In this document: positions 1 to 10,618 of the stretch, piece by piece
Position numbering within the stretch: position 1 is the stretch's first letter
Layout of the letters: every line of letters starts with the position of its first letter
Origin: an uncultured virus (IMG/VR IMGVR_UViG_3300020379_000310)
Lineage: Duplodnaviria; Heunggongvirae; Uroviricota; Caudoviricetes
Virus record (IMG/VR): IMGVR_UViG_3300020379_000310
Strand: one strand, 5' to 3'
DNA length: 64,000 bases
Notes under the pieces: model-generated
Databases searched by the model: none
Seen by the model: only the letters and a program-made list of their open reading frames with translations
Told to the model about the DNA's origin: nothing
Program-made: the position numbers and the translations under genes

Positions 1-25
1 ACCTCGCCCACATGTTTATAAAATT

Positions 26-445
26 ATGCCTGACCAATTTGAATATGAAAAAAATTATGAATCTTTTAAAAAAGATTATATTGAAAAAGCAAAGAAAATA
101 TATTATACCTTGAGAGAAGATATAAACGCTCAAATTGAATCCAATATGTACGCAAGTGTAACAGCTGACTGGCACCCACATGGTGTCGGTTGGAATGAAC
201 TTGCTAGTGAGGAGGAACAGGAAAAAGGAAAAAAATTTTGGGGAGAAGGTAGTGGTAATATAAAAACTTTATTTAAAAACCTTGAATGGCAAAGAAACAT
301 ATACAAAGAGTTTGGTGGAGAACTGGTCTGGTTAGAAAATAGGAATTACAACCCCAGAAGTATGGGCAAGTATCGTAGAAGGAGTGATTATACTCCAGAC
401 AAGTTTAATTATGACATTAATGTAAGGGAGATGTTTTATGAGTGA
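26..445 (+). CDS. hypothetical protein (possibly 5'-truncated by the window edge)
   Basis: 139 aa ORF overlapping the start of the next gene; no recognisable motif. Confidence 0.55.
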   Translation: MPDQFEYEKNYESFKKDYIEKAKKIYYTLREDINAQIESNMYASVTADWHPHGVGWNELASEEEQEKGKKFWGEGSGNIKTLFKNLEWQRNIYKEFGGELVWLENRNYNPRSMGKYRRRSDYTPDKFNYDINVREMFYE

Positions 446-1664
446 AACATTTTGTCCTTTACCTTGGAATCATTTAGCAACTCATCCACATGGGATATGT
501 ACTTTATGTTGTGAGTCAAATCAAGAAGAGGGTCAGTCTCAAGCATTTAATGAAACAAACAATAAATCATTTAGAAAGTTTTTGACATTACAGGATGTAA
601 GTGATTTTTCTGAAATTACTAATTCTGACAGTTTTAGTAAAGTTAGATTACAAATGTTAAATGGTGAAAAACCTGTTGAATGTAGTAAGTGCTGGGAAGC
701 AGAAAGTGTAGGTAATAAAAGTAAACGATATTATGAAAGTCGCCGTTTGCCTATGACTTTGAAAGAGGCAAAAGAAATAACGAATGATGATGGAACTTTA
801 AAGGAGGTCAATTATGAATTTGTGGAATTGCGTCTTGGCAACCATTGTAATGTTCAGTGCCGGACTTGCAATCCTTACTCGTCTTCTAGGTGGTTAAAGG
901 ATTGGGATAACATATATCCAGAAAGAAGAGCGCTTCCAGAATTCACGCGAAAAAGTAGTTTTAACTGGCCATTGGAAGAAGAGTTCTGGGAAAAACTTAT
1001 TGATAGGTGTAACGAACTACGATTGTTGTATATCAATGGTGGTGAACCCTTTCTTATAGACAAACATTTTAATTTTCTACAAACTCTAGTTGATAAAGGA
1101 ATATCAAAGAATGTAGAAATAGTTTATTCTACTAACTGTACCATTATTAATCACACATATGAAGATATATGGAAGGAGTTTAAAAAGGTACAGTTTATGT
1201 TGTCTATTGATTGTGTCGGTGAAAGGAACGAGTATATTAGAACTTATACCGCGTGGTCTAAAGTATTAGAGTTTGTTGATTGGATGAAAGATATTACAAG
1301 TAAGAATGATAACCTAGATTATAACATACTTCAAACTGTATCTACATATAATATATTTTATATACCAGAGTTCTATAAGTATTTTGATGGCGAACATATA
1401 AGTCATAACTTTGTAAAAGACCCCTCTCAGTATGACCCACTAATTTTACCACAAGTCATACAACAAAAGATTTTAGATAAGTTGTCTGGTTGTGGGGGAT
1501 ATGATGTTGTCAAAAACTATTTTAACATAGAAGGTATATCATATACTGACTTGGATTTAATGAAATCGTTTTTTCAAAAAACAGGTGCCATGGATGTTAC
1601 AAAGAAAACATCTTTTAAGAAAACCTTTCCAGAATTTTATGAGTTAATTAAAGATTATGAGTGA
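438..1664 (+). CDS. radical SAM protein with N-terminal SPASM/Twitch-like Cys-rich domain
   Basis: CNVQCRTC (CxxxCxxC), GGEP motif; N-terminal CPLPW...LCC...CSKCW. Confidence 0.9.
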   Translation: MSETFCPLPWNHLATHPHGICTLCCESNQEEGQSQAFNETNNKSFRKFLTLQDVSDFSEITNSDSFSKVRLQMLNGEKPVECSKCWEAESVGNKSKRYYESRRLPMTLKEAKEITNDDGTLKEVNYEFVELRLGNHCNVQCRTCNPYSSSRWLKDWDNIYPERRALPEFTRKSSFNWPLEEEFWEKLIDRCNELRLLYINGGEPFLIDKHFNFLQTLVDKGISKNVEIVYSTNCTIINHTYEDIWKEFKKVQFMLSIDCVGERNEYIRTYTAWSKVLEFVDWMKDITSKNDNLDYNILQTVSTYNIFYIPEFYKYFDGEHISHNFVKDPSQYDPLILPQVIQQKILDKLSGCGGYDVVKNYFNIEGISYTDLDLMKSFFQKTGAMDVTKKTSFKKTFPEFYELIKDYE

Positions 1665-2916
1665 TAAGAAAAATCTATGTATGTTGCCGTGGGTTCATCT
1701 ACACACATGGCCTAATGGAACAGTATATCCTTGTTGTGTTACTCCCATGAATTACAAAGCAGGAAACTTAAACGATAATACTTTAGAAGAGGTATATAAC
1801 AGTGACTTGATGAAAGACATTCGTGTCAAGATGATAAACGAAGAAAGACACGATGCATGTTCTAGGTGTTGGTTACAGGAAGACCAAGGCGGTATGTCAA
1901 TGAGACATAGAGCAAATAAAAGTTGGACGGAATACGAACACATGATTGATGATACTAAAGAAGATGGTACAGTGGAAGAAATGAAACTGCCATACTGGGA
2001 CTTTAGGTTTTCTAATATCTGTAATTTTAAATGTCGTAGTTGTGGGCCTCAATTGAGTACTGGTTGGTACACAGATGTAAAAAAGATTTCTGTTATAGAA
2101 ACTGGTAAACCAACATTACCAAACGATATACCAAAGGGAAATAAATTTGATTTGTGGGAACAGATAGAACCACACTTTGAATCTGTAGAGGAAATATATT
2201 TTGCTGGTGGTGAACCCCTTATAATGGAAGAACACTATCGCATATTAAAAAAACTAGACGCGATGGGAAAACACGATGTCTTGTTAAGATATAATACAAA
2301 CTTCAGTGAAATGAGATATAAAGATTTGCATGTACTAGAATTCTGGCCAAAATTTAAAAATGTAGAGGTTGGTGCTAGTATAGATGGGATGCAAGAACAA
2401 GGTGAATTTATTCGTAGTGGATTTAACTGGGAACAGTTCAAAGAAAACAGAAACAGGATGAAAGAAACATGTTCTCATGTAAACTTTTATGTTAGTTCTA
2501 CTATTAGTATTCAAAATGCATATCATGTAGTACCATTCCATCACGCGCTTGTAGACGGTGGGTATATTGACAGTTACAACTCTTTTAATGTTAATATCGT
2601 AACAGAACCGCCTTGGCTTGATACTAGAATATTACCAGACCATCACAAACAAAAACTTGTTGAAGTATATAATACTCATATTGATTTTCTTTCAGATAAA
2701 AATGCGTGGGCAACAAAACAGGGGTTTGAGGGGTTACGAAATCATGTTTCATCTGAATTAGACCCAAATACATCTTCATCTGGAAATCATTATCCAAGAA
2801 AACCAGAAGGATTGAGACAACTATTTAAATATAAAATGGAACAACTAGACGAAATAAGAAAAGAAAGTTTCTCAGAAACATTTCCAGAACTTGAGGATTT
2901 ATACGATGCCGTTTAA
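1657..2916 (+). CDS. radical SAM protein with N-terminal SPASM/Twitch-like domain
   Basis: CNFKCRSC, FAGGEPL; N-terminal CMLPW...YPCC...CSRCW. Confidence 0.9.
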   Translation: MSDKKNLCMLPWVHLHTWPNGTVYPCCVTPMNYKAGNLNDNTLEEVYNSDLMKDIRVKMINEERHDACSRCWLQEDQGGMSMRHRANKSWTEYEHMIDDTKEDGTVEEMKLPYWDFRFSNICNFKCRSCGPQLSTGWYTDVKKISVIETGKPTLPNDIPKGNKFDLWEQIEPHFESVEEIYFAGGEPLIMEEHYRILKKLDAMGKHDVLLRYNTNFSEMRYKDLHVLEFWPKFKNVEVGASIDGMQEQGEFIRSGFNWEQFKENRNRMKETCSHVNFYVSSTISIQNAYHVVPFHHALVDGGYIDSYNSFNVNIVTEPPWLDTRILPDHHKQKLVEVYNTHIDFLSDKNAWATKQGFEGLRNHVSSELDPNTSSSGNHYPRKPEGLRQLFKYKMEQLDEIRKESFSETFPELEDLYDAV

Positions 2917-4033
2917 AGAAAATGATAGACCTCGAAAAGAAGATAGGGTTTTTAAGACAGGTGTGGGTCATTGTAAGGATGCGGTGATTACATTAAGATT
3001 GAGAAATAGTAGAAATAATGATGTGTCACCATTGAACATAAAAATTAAATTAGATGATAATGATGCCGTTCAGTTATGGTATCAAAGATTTAAACACGAA
3101 CTAAAAAGTAATGCCTTTTTAAGAAAAGAACATGTATTCATGGGAGAAAGTACTTTGGATACAGAGGAGATGATTGAAAAAGTAAACTCCACCTTAGACC
3201 ACATATCAAAGTTTGACTTTGTTGCTGAACAATGGTCTCGGTGGCAAGACTTTGTAAAAGCAGACCAGACAAATGTAATTAATCAACCCCTAACAAAAAA
3301 CCCAGAAATATCTGAAAGATTATCAATAGAAGATTTTGCAGACGGCAACGATAATGAAAGAATGAATGTTGTTCATAATTATTTTCCATTGTTGTCAGGC
3401 CCAGCAGATAAAACTACTGCTCATTTATATGTTGCACCACCAGATGTTCAGGCTAGTATTTGTAGATTAAATTTAGAAGTTCACGAACTCCATACTACAC
3501 TACAGAATGATGAACAGGCAGACTTTAATATGCATGTTAATGTTTCTTGGCAAAGAGCGCCAAAGAAATTACCTGTATTACCAGAATCTTTTGACGATTT
3601 GTTTACCAAGTATACTAAGTTTGGGGATGTACTACTTGGATATCCTCAGATTGGAAAGACTCATATAGAAGCATACGCGGAAGAGGACGAAGAGCTAGAA
3701 GATGAACATGTAGAACCTATCAAATATCTTTCTGGTGATATGTTGATAAAATTTTCTACAGACCAACACGAAAACTGGGTAGAGGGATTTGATAACTGGT
3801 TAATAGAACAGGGATTAGACCCAGAAGATAAAACAGGTAGATATGGATATGCTAAGTTGGGAACAGTCGTAGATGTTGACTTAGATTTTGTACAAGAAGA
3901 AATATCTGGTAAGTATGATGATATTGATAGAATAATTGTGGTAGATAAAGAAGAACACCTTGACCATGAGTTTCCTTATAGCAGACACGATGATGACTAT
4001 GAAACTAAATTCTTGAGGTATTTACATGACTAG
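2906..4033 (+). CDS. hypothetical acidic protein
   Basis: Long ORF within the operon; ATG at 2906 preceded by GAGGA (ORF track starts at 2891). Confidence 0.7.
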   Translation: MPFKENDRPRKEDRVFKTGVGHCKDAVITLRLRNSRNNDVSPLNIKIKLDDNDAVQLWYQRFKHELKSNAFLRKEHVFMGESTLDTEEMIEKVNSTLDHISKFDFVAEQWSRWQDFVKADQTNVINQPLTKNPEISERLSIEDFADGNDNERMNVVHNYFPLLSGPADKTTAHLYVAPPDVQASICRLNLEVHELHTTLQNDEQADFNMHVNVSWQRAPKKLPVLPESFDDLFTKYTKFGDVLLGYPQIGKTHIEAYAEEDEELEDEHVEPIKYLSGDMLIKFSTDQHENWVEGFDNWLIEQGLDPEDKTGRYGYAKLGTVVDVDLDFVQEEISGKYDDIDRIIVVDKEEHLDHEFPYSRHDDDYETKFLRYLHD

Positions 4034-4574
4034 AATAAGCAGTGCGGATATAAGGGGTTTAGGAAATTGGAACTTTGACGAATATGTAGGGATGTTACCA
4101 GAAGAAGGAAATTTATTAGAAATAGGTTCGTTGTTTGGTAAGTCTGCTGTTTGTTGGGCTGAAACATTTGAGAGATATAATAAAAATTGGAACATACACG
4201 CGGTAGACTTGTTTGCTGGTTTTGCTGCTGGTGGAGGCATTTGGTCTAGTGCCAAACAAAGGATTAATCCAGACCCAGAATTTCATTGTACAGCTAAAGA
4301 ACATTTAGAAGAGTTCAAACGCAACACATCTTCATGGGATAACATTACATGGCAAAGAACCAATCATATCGGATATATTCCAAAACAAAAACCAGATGCA
4401 CTATTTTATGATGGTGACCATTCTTACATAGGTATGAAAGATACTATGAAAAACCTGTGGGATATAGAGTTTATATTTGTGGATGATTGTCATATGCCAG
4501 AGACAGTTAAAGTATTGGAAGAACTTGGAAGACCCTTTGAAATAAAACATGGAATGGCGGTCATCAATGGATAA
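4026..4574 (+). CDS. class I SAM-dependent methyltransferase (Methyltransf_24-like)
   Basis: LEIGSLFGKS motif I, VDLF, FYDGDHSY, VDD. Confidence 0.8.
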   Translation: MTRISSADIRGLGNWNFDEYVGMLPEEGNLLEIGSLFGKSAVCWAETFERYNKNWNIHAVDLFAGFAAGGGIWSSAKQRINPDPEFHCTAKEHLEEFKRNTSSWDNITWQRTNHIGYIPKQKPDALFYDGDHSYIGMKDTMKNLWDIEFIFVDDCHMPETVKVLEELGRPFEIKHGMAVING

Positions 4575-5748
4575 ACTTTGCGTATTGCCTTGGGTTCATA
4601 CAGAGTTCACTACAGATGGAACTGCTAATCCATGTTGTTTGTATAAAGGAGACCCAATGGGCAACTTGAAAGAAGAAAACTTTCTTGATGTTTGGAATGG
4701 GGACTCTTACACAAACCTAAGAAAAGAATTCCTTGATGGAAAGAAACCAGAAGGTTGTGCTATGTGTTGGGAAGGTGAAGATGCTGGATACCAATCTAAA
4801 AGACTTCAAGACAATAAACGATTTGAGAGACAACTAAAAGAAATAAAAGAACAACAAAACTTTATTGCAACTGATACTCCGAAATATCTTGATTTAAAGT
4901 TTGGTACTCTATGTAATTTAAAATGCAGAACATGTGGTAGTATAAACAGTTCAAAATGGCAAACAGATGAGAAAAAACTATACGGTAGAATATTAAACAA
5001 AAAAGACCCTCTGTGGATTATTAAAAACCCAAATGTGTGGGACGAACTTTTTGAGATTATGCATACGGTAGAACAAATGGACTTCACTGGTGGTGAACCA
5101 TTTATGATAGAAGAACATTTTGAGTTGTTGCGTAGAACAGTCGAGGCAGGACACGCGGAACACATATCTTTACATTATAACACAAACGGAACTATTCGTC
5201 CACCACAAAAAATATTTGACTTGTGGAAAGAGTTCAAGTCTTGTGAAGTGATGTTTAGTATTGATGGAATATTCAAGAAATTTGAATATATCAGACACCC
5301 AGCAAAATGGGATGAAGCGTGGGATAACTATAACTACTTTAAATCACTTGATTGGATGTATGTTCAAGTATGTCATACAGTCAGTCTTTATAATGTATAT
5401 TACCTAGATGAGTTTATAGACTTGTTTGGTAGAGAAAACATATACCTTAATCTTTTACACTTTCCTAGACAGTATTGTATTAGAAATATGCCAGATGTGT
5501 GTAAAGAAAAGGTTGCAGATAAACTTATAAATATTCCAGACATAAATGATATTATATTGTTTATGAATCAAGAAGCTCAATATGACAAACTTGATATGGG
5601 ATTTTTGCATGTTACAGAAAAATTGGACAACATAAGAAATGAAAGTTACAGTGAAATTTTTTCAGAATTTTATAGGATATTGATAGATGGCGGAATCGGA
5701 AGAGAACCTTGGACAGTTAAACAATACTTTAGACCGATTGGTGAATGA
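4567..5748 (+). CDS. radical SAM protein with N-terminal SPASM/Twitch-like domain
   Basis: CNLKCRTC, FTGGEPF; N-terminal CVLPW...PCC...CAMCW. Confidence 0.9.
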   Translation: MDKLCVLPWVHTEFTTDGTANPCCLYKGDPMGNLKEENFLDVWNGDSYTNLRKEFLDGKKPEGCAMCWEGEDAGYQSKRLQDNKRFERQLKEIKEQQNFIATDTPKYLDLKFGTLCNLKCRTCGSINSSKWQTDEKKLYGRILNKKDPLWIIKNPNVWDELFEIMHTVEQMDFTGGEPFMIEEHFELLRRTVEAGHAEHISLHYNTNGTIRPPQKIFDLWKEFKSCEVMFSIDGIFKKFEYIRHPAKWDEAWDNYNYFKSLDWMYVQVCHTVSLYNVYYLDEFIDLFGRENIYLNLLHFPRQYCIRNMPDVCKEKVADKLINIPDINDIILFMNQEAQYDKLDMGFLHVTEKLDNIRNESYSEIFSEFYRILIDGGIGREPWTVKQYFRPIGE

Positions 5749-7420
5749 AGTAGCTGGTCTTAGAACAGAATTATCAGACCTCAAAAAAATCAATACCAGT
5801 ATACTTAAAAAACAACTGGTGAGAAAGGGTGCCGACAAAGAACGACATTTTTTGTGGTTCGATAAAAAAAGCACCCAGACAAACCACGAAGATATTTTTA
5901 CTTGGCCTCAGGCAAACTGTTCTTCTAAACCCAACCATGTTTTTGCTAATATGACTAAAATACTGTCACATTACCAAACTGTAGATTGGCCTTACCAAGT
6001 TGGTGATATTGAAAACTTTGACCCAAACGGTGTTCACAAAAATACTAACAATCTTTATTTCTTAGAACCACAATATGTGTTTTCAAATCACTGGGAACAT
6101 TGCATCGACTTTATTCCAGAAACAGTTCAATGTTGGTTGCGAGAAAGAAAAATGGCTTTGGTCTTGTGGTTTCCCCACGAAGGATTTAATTTTGAACAGG
6201 GATTTAACCAAACAGGATGGTTGCAACATTTTCACAACCAAATGCGAAAACATCAATTGGAAAACATTATAAGTTACTTTGTGTTTGGTGATTTACAAGC
6301 ATCTCCAAACTATGATACCTTTTTAAGAACGCGACAAGGTAATGAAAGAACTCAATTTGAATTCACAAAAGTTATTTCTTATGATTTTTTTCACCAAGAT
6401 TACTGGAGAGATTATTCAGAAAGAACTGGTATCTATATAAGCAGAACCCAAAATCCAAAATACATGCATCAAAACACATATGGTCATTCTGAGTTAACAG
6501 GAGGATTTACTGACCATGTTATAGTTCCATATGAAGACTTTGATAGTGGTCTTTTACAAAGAGAAGCAGACCAAATAGTACAAGACTCATATGAAAGATG
6601 TAAACCAGATGAAGTATTAGTAGGGATTCCAAATGGGATTGAGAAAACCGCAGACCTTGTTTGTTTGAATGCTAGACCAAGGTCTCATAGACCAGTGCTG
6701 GTTGCTGAATTACATAGAATAGGATATAACAATGACAATTCATACATAAGTTTTCTTGGTAGAGAAGATATGATAAACCAACATGGAGACCTTATTAGTG
6801 GTCAACCTATTTGGAAAGAACATATGTTTAGGAATTTGGACATCACAGCATTTACTGCTAGAAAAGATAATCCTTTTATTGCTTTTCTTTCTCATGATAT
6901 TCAGATAGAACACACTTATAGATTTTGGAAAGAAAGAACTATGGTTCTCGCGGATAAACCAGTGTTGGAAGTACATGATGATGACAGACTAGTAACATCA
7001 CAGATGTATAAAGATTCATTTTTTAGTTTAGTATCAGAGACATTGTTTGGAGAAGATAAAGAATCACTTTTTATAACAGAAAAAACATTTAAACCAATAG
7101 CATATCGACATCCATTCATGATTGTTGGTAGCATGGGTACTTTAAGACATCTAAGATATCTTGGATATGAAACATTCCCAGAAATGTTTGATGAAAGTTA
7201 TGACCAAGAATATGACCCGAAAAAAAGGTTTTCTATTATATTAAGAAACTTGGAAAACTGGTATCAATTGACAAGAGATGAAAAAATTCACAAATATAAC
7301 GCTGTAAGAGAAAAATTAAAACACAACTTTGAACTATTTAAAAACTCAAGAGGTCAATTTGAGAAAGACACAGCTTATGTACTAAGTCAATTGTCATCTC
7401 ACAGTGTAGAGTTAATCTAA
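5687..7420 (+). CDS. putative glycosyltransferase (GT10/GT-B-like C-terminal domain)
   Basis: C-terminal FSLVSET...FITEKTFKPI...HPF...LGYETF resembles the nucleotide-sugar binding E..TEK motif of GT10-like enzymes. Confidence 0.55.
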   Translation: MAESEENLGQLNNTLDRLVNEVAGLRTELSDLKKINTSILKKQLVRKGADKERHFLWFDKKSTQTNHEDIFTWPQANCSSKPNHVFANMTKILSHYQTVDWPYQVGDIENFDPNGVHKNTNNLYFLEPQYVFSNHWEHCIDFIPETVQCWLRERKMALVLWFPHEGFNFEQGFNQTGWLQHFHNQMRKHQLENIISYFVFGDLQASPNYDTFLRTRQGNERTQFEFTKVISYDFFHQDYWRDYSERTGIYISRTQNPKYMHQNTYGHSELTGGFTDHVIVPYEDFDSGLLQREADQIVQDSYERCKPDEVLVGIPNGIEKTADLVCLNARPRSHRPVLVAELHRIGYNNDNSYISFLGREDMINQHGDLISGQPIWKEHMFRNLDITAFTARKDNPFIAFLSHDIQIEHTYRFWKERTMVLADKPVLEVHDDDRLVTSQMYKDSFFSLVSETLFGEDKESLFITEKTFKPIAYRHPFMIVGSMGTLRHLRYLGYETFPEMFDESYDQEYDPKKRFSIILRNLENWYQLTRDEKIHKYNAVREKLKHNFELFKNSRGQFEKDTAYVLSQLSSHSVELI

Positions 7421-8475
7421 TGTACTGGTCAAAAGGTGCCGACATAGAAAGTGGTAGTCAGCATATAACCGAATTTGAAAGAATTTTTGTTAAAGAACTA
7501 ATTGCTCAAAAACCAGATGACTGTGTTCTGGTAAATTCTACATGGTTTTCAAAACCAGAAAATGTTGATGATTTAAAAAAATGGTTTGAAGATAAAGGAA
7601 CCCCCAGAGTTTTATTGTACTCTGGTATGGATTGGGAAAACTCCACATGCACAGAATCTACGCAAGAAGCACATAGGTTCCTTAATAAGAATTATGAAGT
7701 CATCAATATAGGGAATACTGGCACTGGGCATTACTTTAGTTTTTGGTTGTCCTTTATACACAAACACCTTGACACCTTCTTTGATTCGTGTTATACTGAG
7801 ACACCTAACATAAAAAAATACTTTATGTGTTTGAATCATCAACCGCATAAACACAGAATAGAGTTTTTAAATCTTTTAAATGAAGTTGGTATATTTCACC
7901 ACGGTACTATTTCTGCTATAGTTCCTCATGAAGAATATAAGTTTGATAATCCTATCATTCTAAAAGAAAATAGACCACCTCATATTATGGAAAAATCTCA
8001 TGAATGGGAAAGAGTAAATGACAACCACTTAGCAAACGATATCATTTCTCTGGGAGACCCTAATTATTGGAACTCTCATTTTTGCACCGTTGTAACTGAA
8101 AGTGTAATGCATAGTGATGTGTTTTTAAGTGAGAAAACATTTAAACCATTAATAGGACTTAGACCTTTTATTATTTTGGGTGATGGTTTGTTATATGATA
8201 AACTAAAGGAACTCAAGTTTGATACATTTGAAGACTTGTTTCCAAGAATACATCGTAAAGGACAGGATGAATATTGGCGGGGAGGCGTACCTCGTGGTGA
8301 ACGCATAAATAACGCCGTACAAGACCTTAAAAATCTTCAAGAGAAATATGGAGATGCGGATAGTCTAATTACCTTATATAATAGTTTGGAAGATAGATTG
8401 ATGTATAATAGACAGAGGGTTTTAGAGGTGATTAATGAGAATTACAACAAGATAATGGAGATTAGTAAGTTATGA
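7420..8475 (+). CDS. putative glycosyltransferase (paralogue of the upstream gene)
   Basis: VVTES...FLSEKTFKPL..LRPF...LKFDTF, the same motif as 5687..7420. Confidence 0.55.
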   Translation: MYWSKGADIESGSQHITEFERIFVKELIAQKPDDCVLVNSTWFSKPENVDDLKKWFEDKGTPRVLLYSGMDWENSTCTESTQEAHRFLNKNYEVINIGNTGTGHYFSFWLSFIHKHLDTFFDSCYTETPNIKKYFMCLNHQPHKHRIEFLNLLNEVGIFHHGTISAIVPHEEYKFDNPIILKENRPPHIMEKSHEWERVNDNHLANDIISLGDPNYWNSHFCTVVTESVMHSDVFLSEKTFKPLIGLRPFIILGDGLLYDKLKELKFDTFEDLFPRIHRKGQDEYWRGGVPRGERINNAVQDLKNLQEKYGDADSLITLYNSLEDRLMYNRQRVLEVINENYNKIMEISKL

Positions 8476-9713
8476 CCAACATTGCATTTATTGGATTTGG
8501 TAAATTAGGTAAACCTTGTGCTGAGGTGATTGCACAAAAAGGACACGATGTAAGCGTTTATGATACACGCGAAGTAGAAAGTGAATATTGTAATGTTAAA
8601 GATACAATAGAAGAGGTTGTCAAAGATAGGTTATTTGTATTTGTCGCAGTGCCAACACCACATGACCCATTGTACGATGGTTCAGAACCTACTTACCACT
8701 TACCACCAAAAGATTTTAATTACGATACTGTTAAAGAAGTAATCGCAGAAGCAAATAAACATATGAATGAGAAGCAGACATTGGTTCTTATTAGTACTGT
8801 ATTGCCTGGCACTGTAAGAAGAGAGTTTGTTCCTTTGATTACAAATACTAAGTTTGTTTACAATCCTTACTTGATTGCCATGGGTACAGTCGCGTGGGAT
8901 ATGGTAAACCCAGAGATGGTAATGATAGGTACAGAAAACGGAGAAGAATCATTAGAGGCACATAGTCTCATACACTTCTATAATGAGATAATGGAAAACG
9001 AACCGCGTTATGAAGTTGGTACTTGGGATGAGTGCGAATGTATTAAGGTGTTTTATAATACCTTTATTAGTGCAAAGATTGGTCTTGTAAACATGATACA
9101 AGATGTCGCAGAGAGACAGGGTAATATTAATGTAGATGTAGTGACAAATGCATTAAAAAAGAGTTCTCAGAGAATCATGGGCCCCAGTTATATGAAATCT
9201 GGTATGGGTGATGGTGGCGCGTGTCATCCAAGAGATAATATTGCACTTAGATACATGGCACAAGAATTAAATCTGGGGTATGACTTGTTTGCTGAAATAA
9301 TGAAGGCACGAGACATACAAGCAGAAAACATGGCAGTTGCCATTTTAAAACACGGAAACAAAATTGGATTTACATCTGACTCATATAAACCAGATGTTCC
9401 ATATACAAATGGTAGTTACAGTTTATTAGTTCAACACTATGTAAAAGAACACGGTGGATTCATTACACCTCTTTCTTCACACCCACATGTGATTGTAAAG
9501 GTACATGAGTCTGATTTAATAGAAACCGATTTTGAGGGGGTCGTATTTGACCCTTGGAGAAGTCATGTGGGAATAAATGTTGTACACTACGGAGATACGA
9601 GAAATGAAAATTTTAAAGAAAAACAAGCAACTGCACAAATTCATGAAAGCTGGGAGACTAACCAAAGTGATCAAGAAGGCGTTGTCGGAGGTCTCGGAGA
9701 AGACCGACTCTAA
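8472..9713 (+). CDS. UDP-glucose/GDP-mannose 6-dehydrogenase family protein
   Basis: GFGKLG Rossmann motif, VAVPTP, STVLPGT, GGACHPRD catalytic Cys, YKPD. Confidence 0.9.
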   Translation: MTNIAFIGFGKLGKPCAEVIAQKGHDVSVYDTREVESEYCNVKDTIEEVVKDRLFVFVAVPTPHDPLYDGSEPTYHLPPKDFNYDTVKEVIAEANKHMNEKQTLVLISTVLPGTVRREFVPLITNTKFVYNPYLIAMGTVAWDMVNPEMVMIGTENGEESLEAHSLIHFYNEIMENEPRYEVGTWDECECIKVFYNTFISAKIGLVNMIQDVAERQGNINVDVVTNALKKSSQRIMGPSYMKSGMGDGGACHPRDNIALRYMAQELNLGYDLFAEIMKARDIQAENMAVAILKHGNKIGFTSDSYKPDVPYTNGSYSLLVQHYVKEHGGFITPLSSHPHVIVKVHESDLIETDFEGVVFDPWRSHVGINVVHYGDTRNENFKEKQATAQIHESWETNQSDQEGVVGGLGEDRL

Positions 9714-9816
9714 ACTTGATGAGATAGAACAGAAAGAAAAAGAAAAAAGAAAAGAAGAAGAACTCCAACGCAAGTTAGAAAAAATGCGAGAGAGAGACCC
9801 CTTTATCTATGACTAG
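9604..9816 (+). CDS. small basic coiled-coil hypothetical protein
   Basis: ATG at 9604 after GGAG; ends ...RERDPFIYD and overlaps the start of the next gene. Confidence 0.55.
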   Translation: MKILKKNKQLHKFMKAGRLTKVIKKALSEVSEKTDSKLDEIEQKEKEKRKEEELQRKLEKMRERDPFIYD

Positions 9817-10618
9817 ACTTGTATCATATGGATGTTCCCACACATCTGGTGCAGAATTAGCTGACCATATAATGTTGGGGACAGACATAGAAACTGTTGA
9901 TAAATTAAAATCTAAGTATATCTCTGGTGGTGATACACTACCGCAAGCTTGGAAAAAGATTTGGAACGAATATGGATTTTCGTTTGACCCATATTCTAAA
10001 TTTGATGACATCTTTCGTAGTGTTTCTTTAAAAGAAATACCGCATTTAGAAAGTGGCGAAGATATATGTAGGTCTTTAACATGGGTAAGGTATCTAACAG
10101 AACTACGCGGTCACACACATTACATAAATCGTGGTTTCGGTGGTGGTTCATTAGAACTTTGTGTATATTTATTGGAAGGGGATATCATTGACGGTATTAT
10201 TGATACTAAGAAAGATGAAGTTATTGTTCAAGTTCCTCACCCCTATAGATGGATGGAATTAGATTTTGATGGGATGCACAAAACCATTACTCCATATGAA
10301 CAGGGAAACTACTGGAATATGACTTGGAGTTATTATCAATTATTAAGACACATAAAACTGTTGGGTGTTAAATATTTTTTTATAGAAAAACCAACATGGA
10401 GACTAAGAAATGAAATTAGGGAAGACAATTTTGACTCTTGGTCAAATCCAATCAATAACAATAAAGAACTTTTTGCGAAATATTGGAACTGGATTGGAGA
10501 AAATGCGATACCAACAAACGATGAGTTTTACTCTAATCCTAAACACGCTGGTGAACATTACTACACAGAAACACATAAATTGATGGCGGAAAATTTAAAT
10601 GATAAGTTGGGGAATTAG
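9809..10618 (+). CDS. SGNH/GDSL-like hydrolase or acyltransferase
   Basis: N-terminal GCSHT (GxS block I), NRGFGGGS, C-terminal His. Confidence 0.55.
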   Translation: MTRLVSYGCSHTSGAELADHIMLGTDIETVDKLKSKYISGGDTLPQAWKKIWNEYGFSFDPYSKFDDIFRSVSLKEIPHLESGEDICRSLTWVRYLTELRGHTHYINRGFGGGSLELCVYLLEGDIIDGIIDTKKDEVIVQVPHPYRWMELDFDGMHKTITPYEQGNYWNMTWSYYQLLRHIKLLGVKYFFIEKPTWRLRNEIREDNFDSWSNPINNNKELFAKYWNWIGENAIPTNDEFYSNPKHAGEHYYTETHKLMAENLNDKLGN

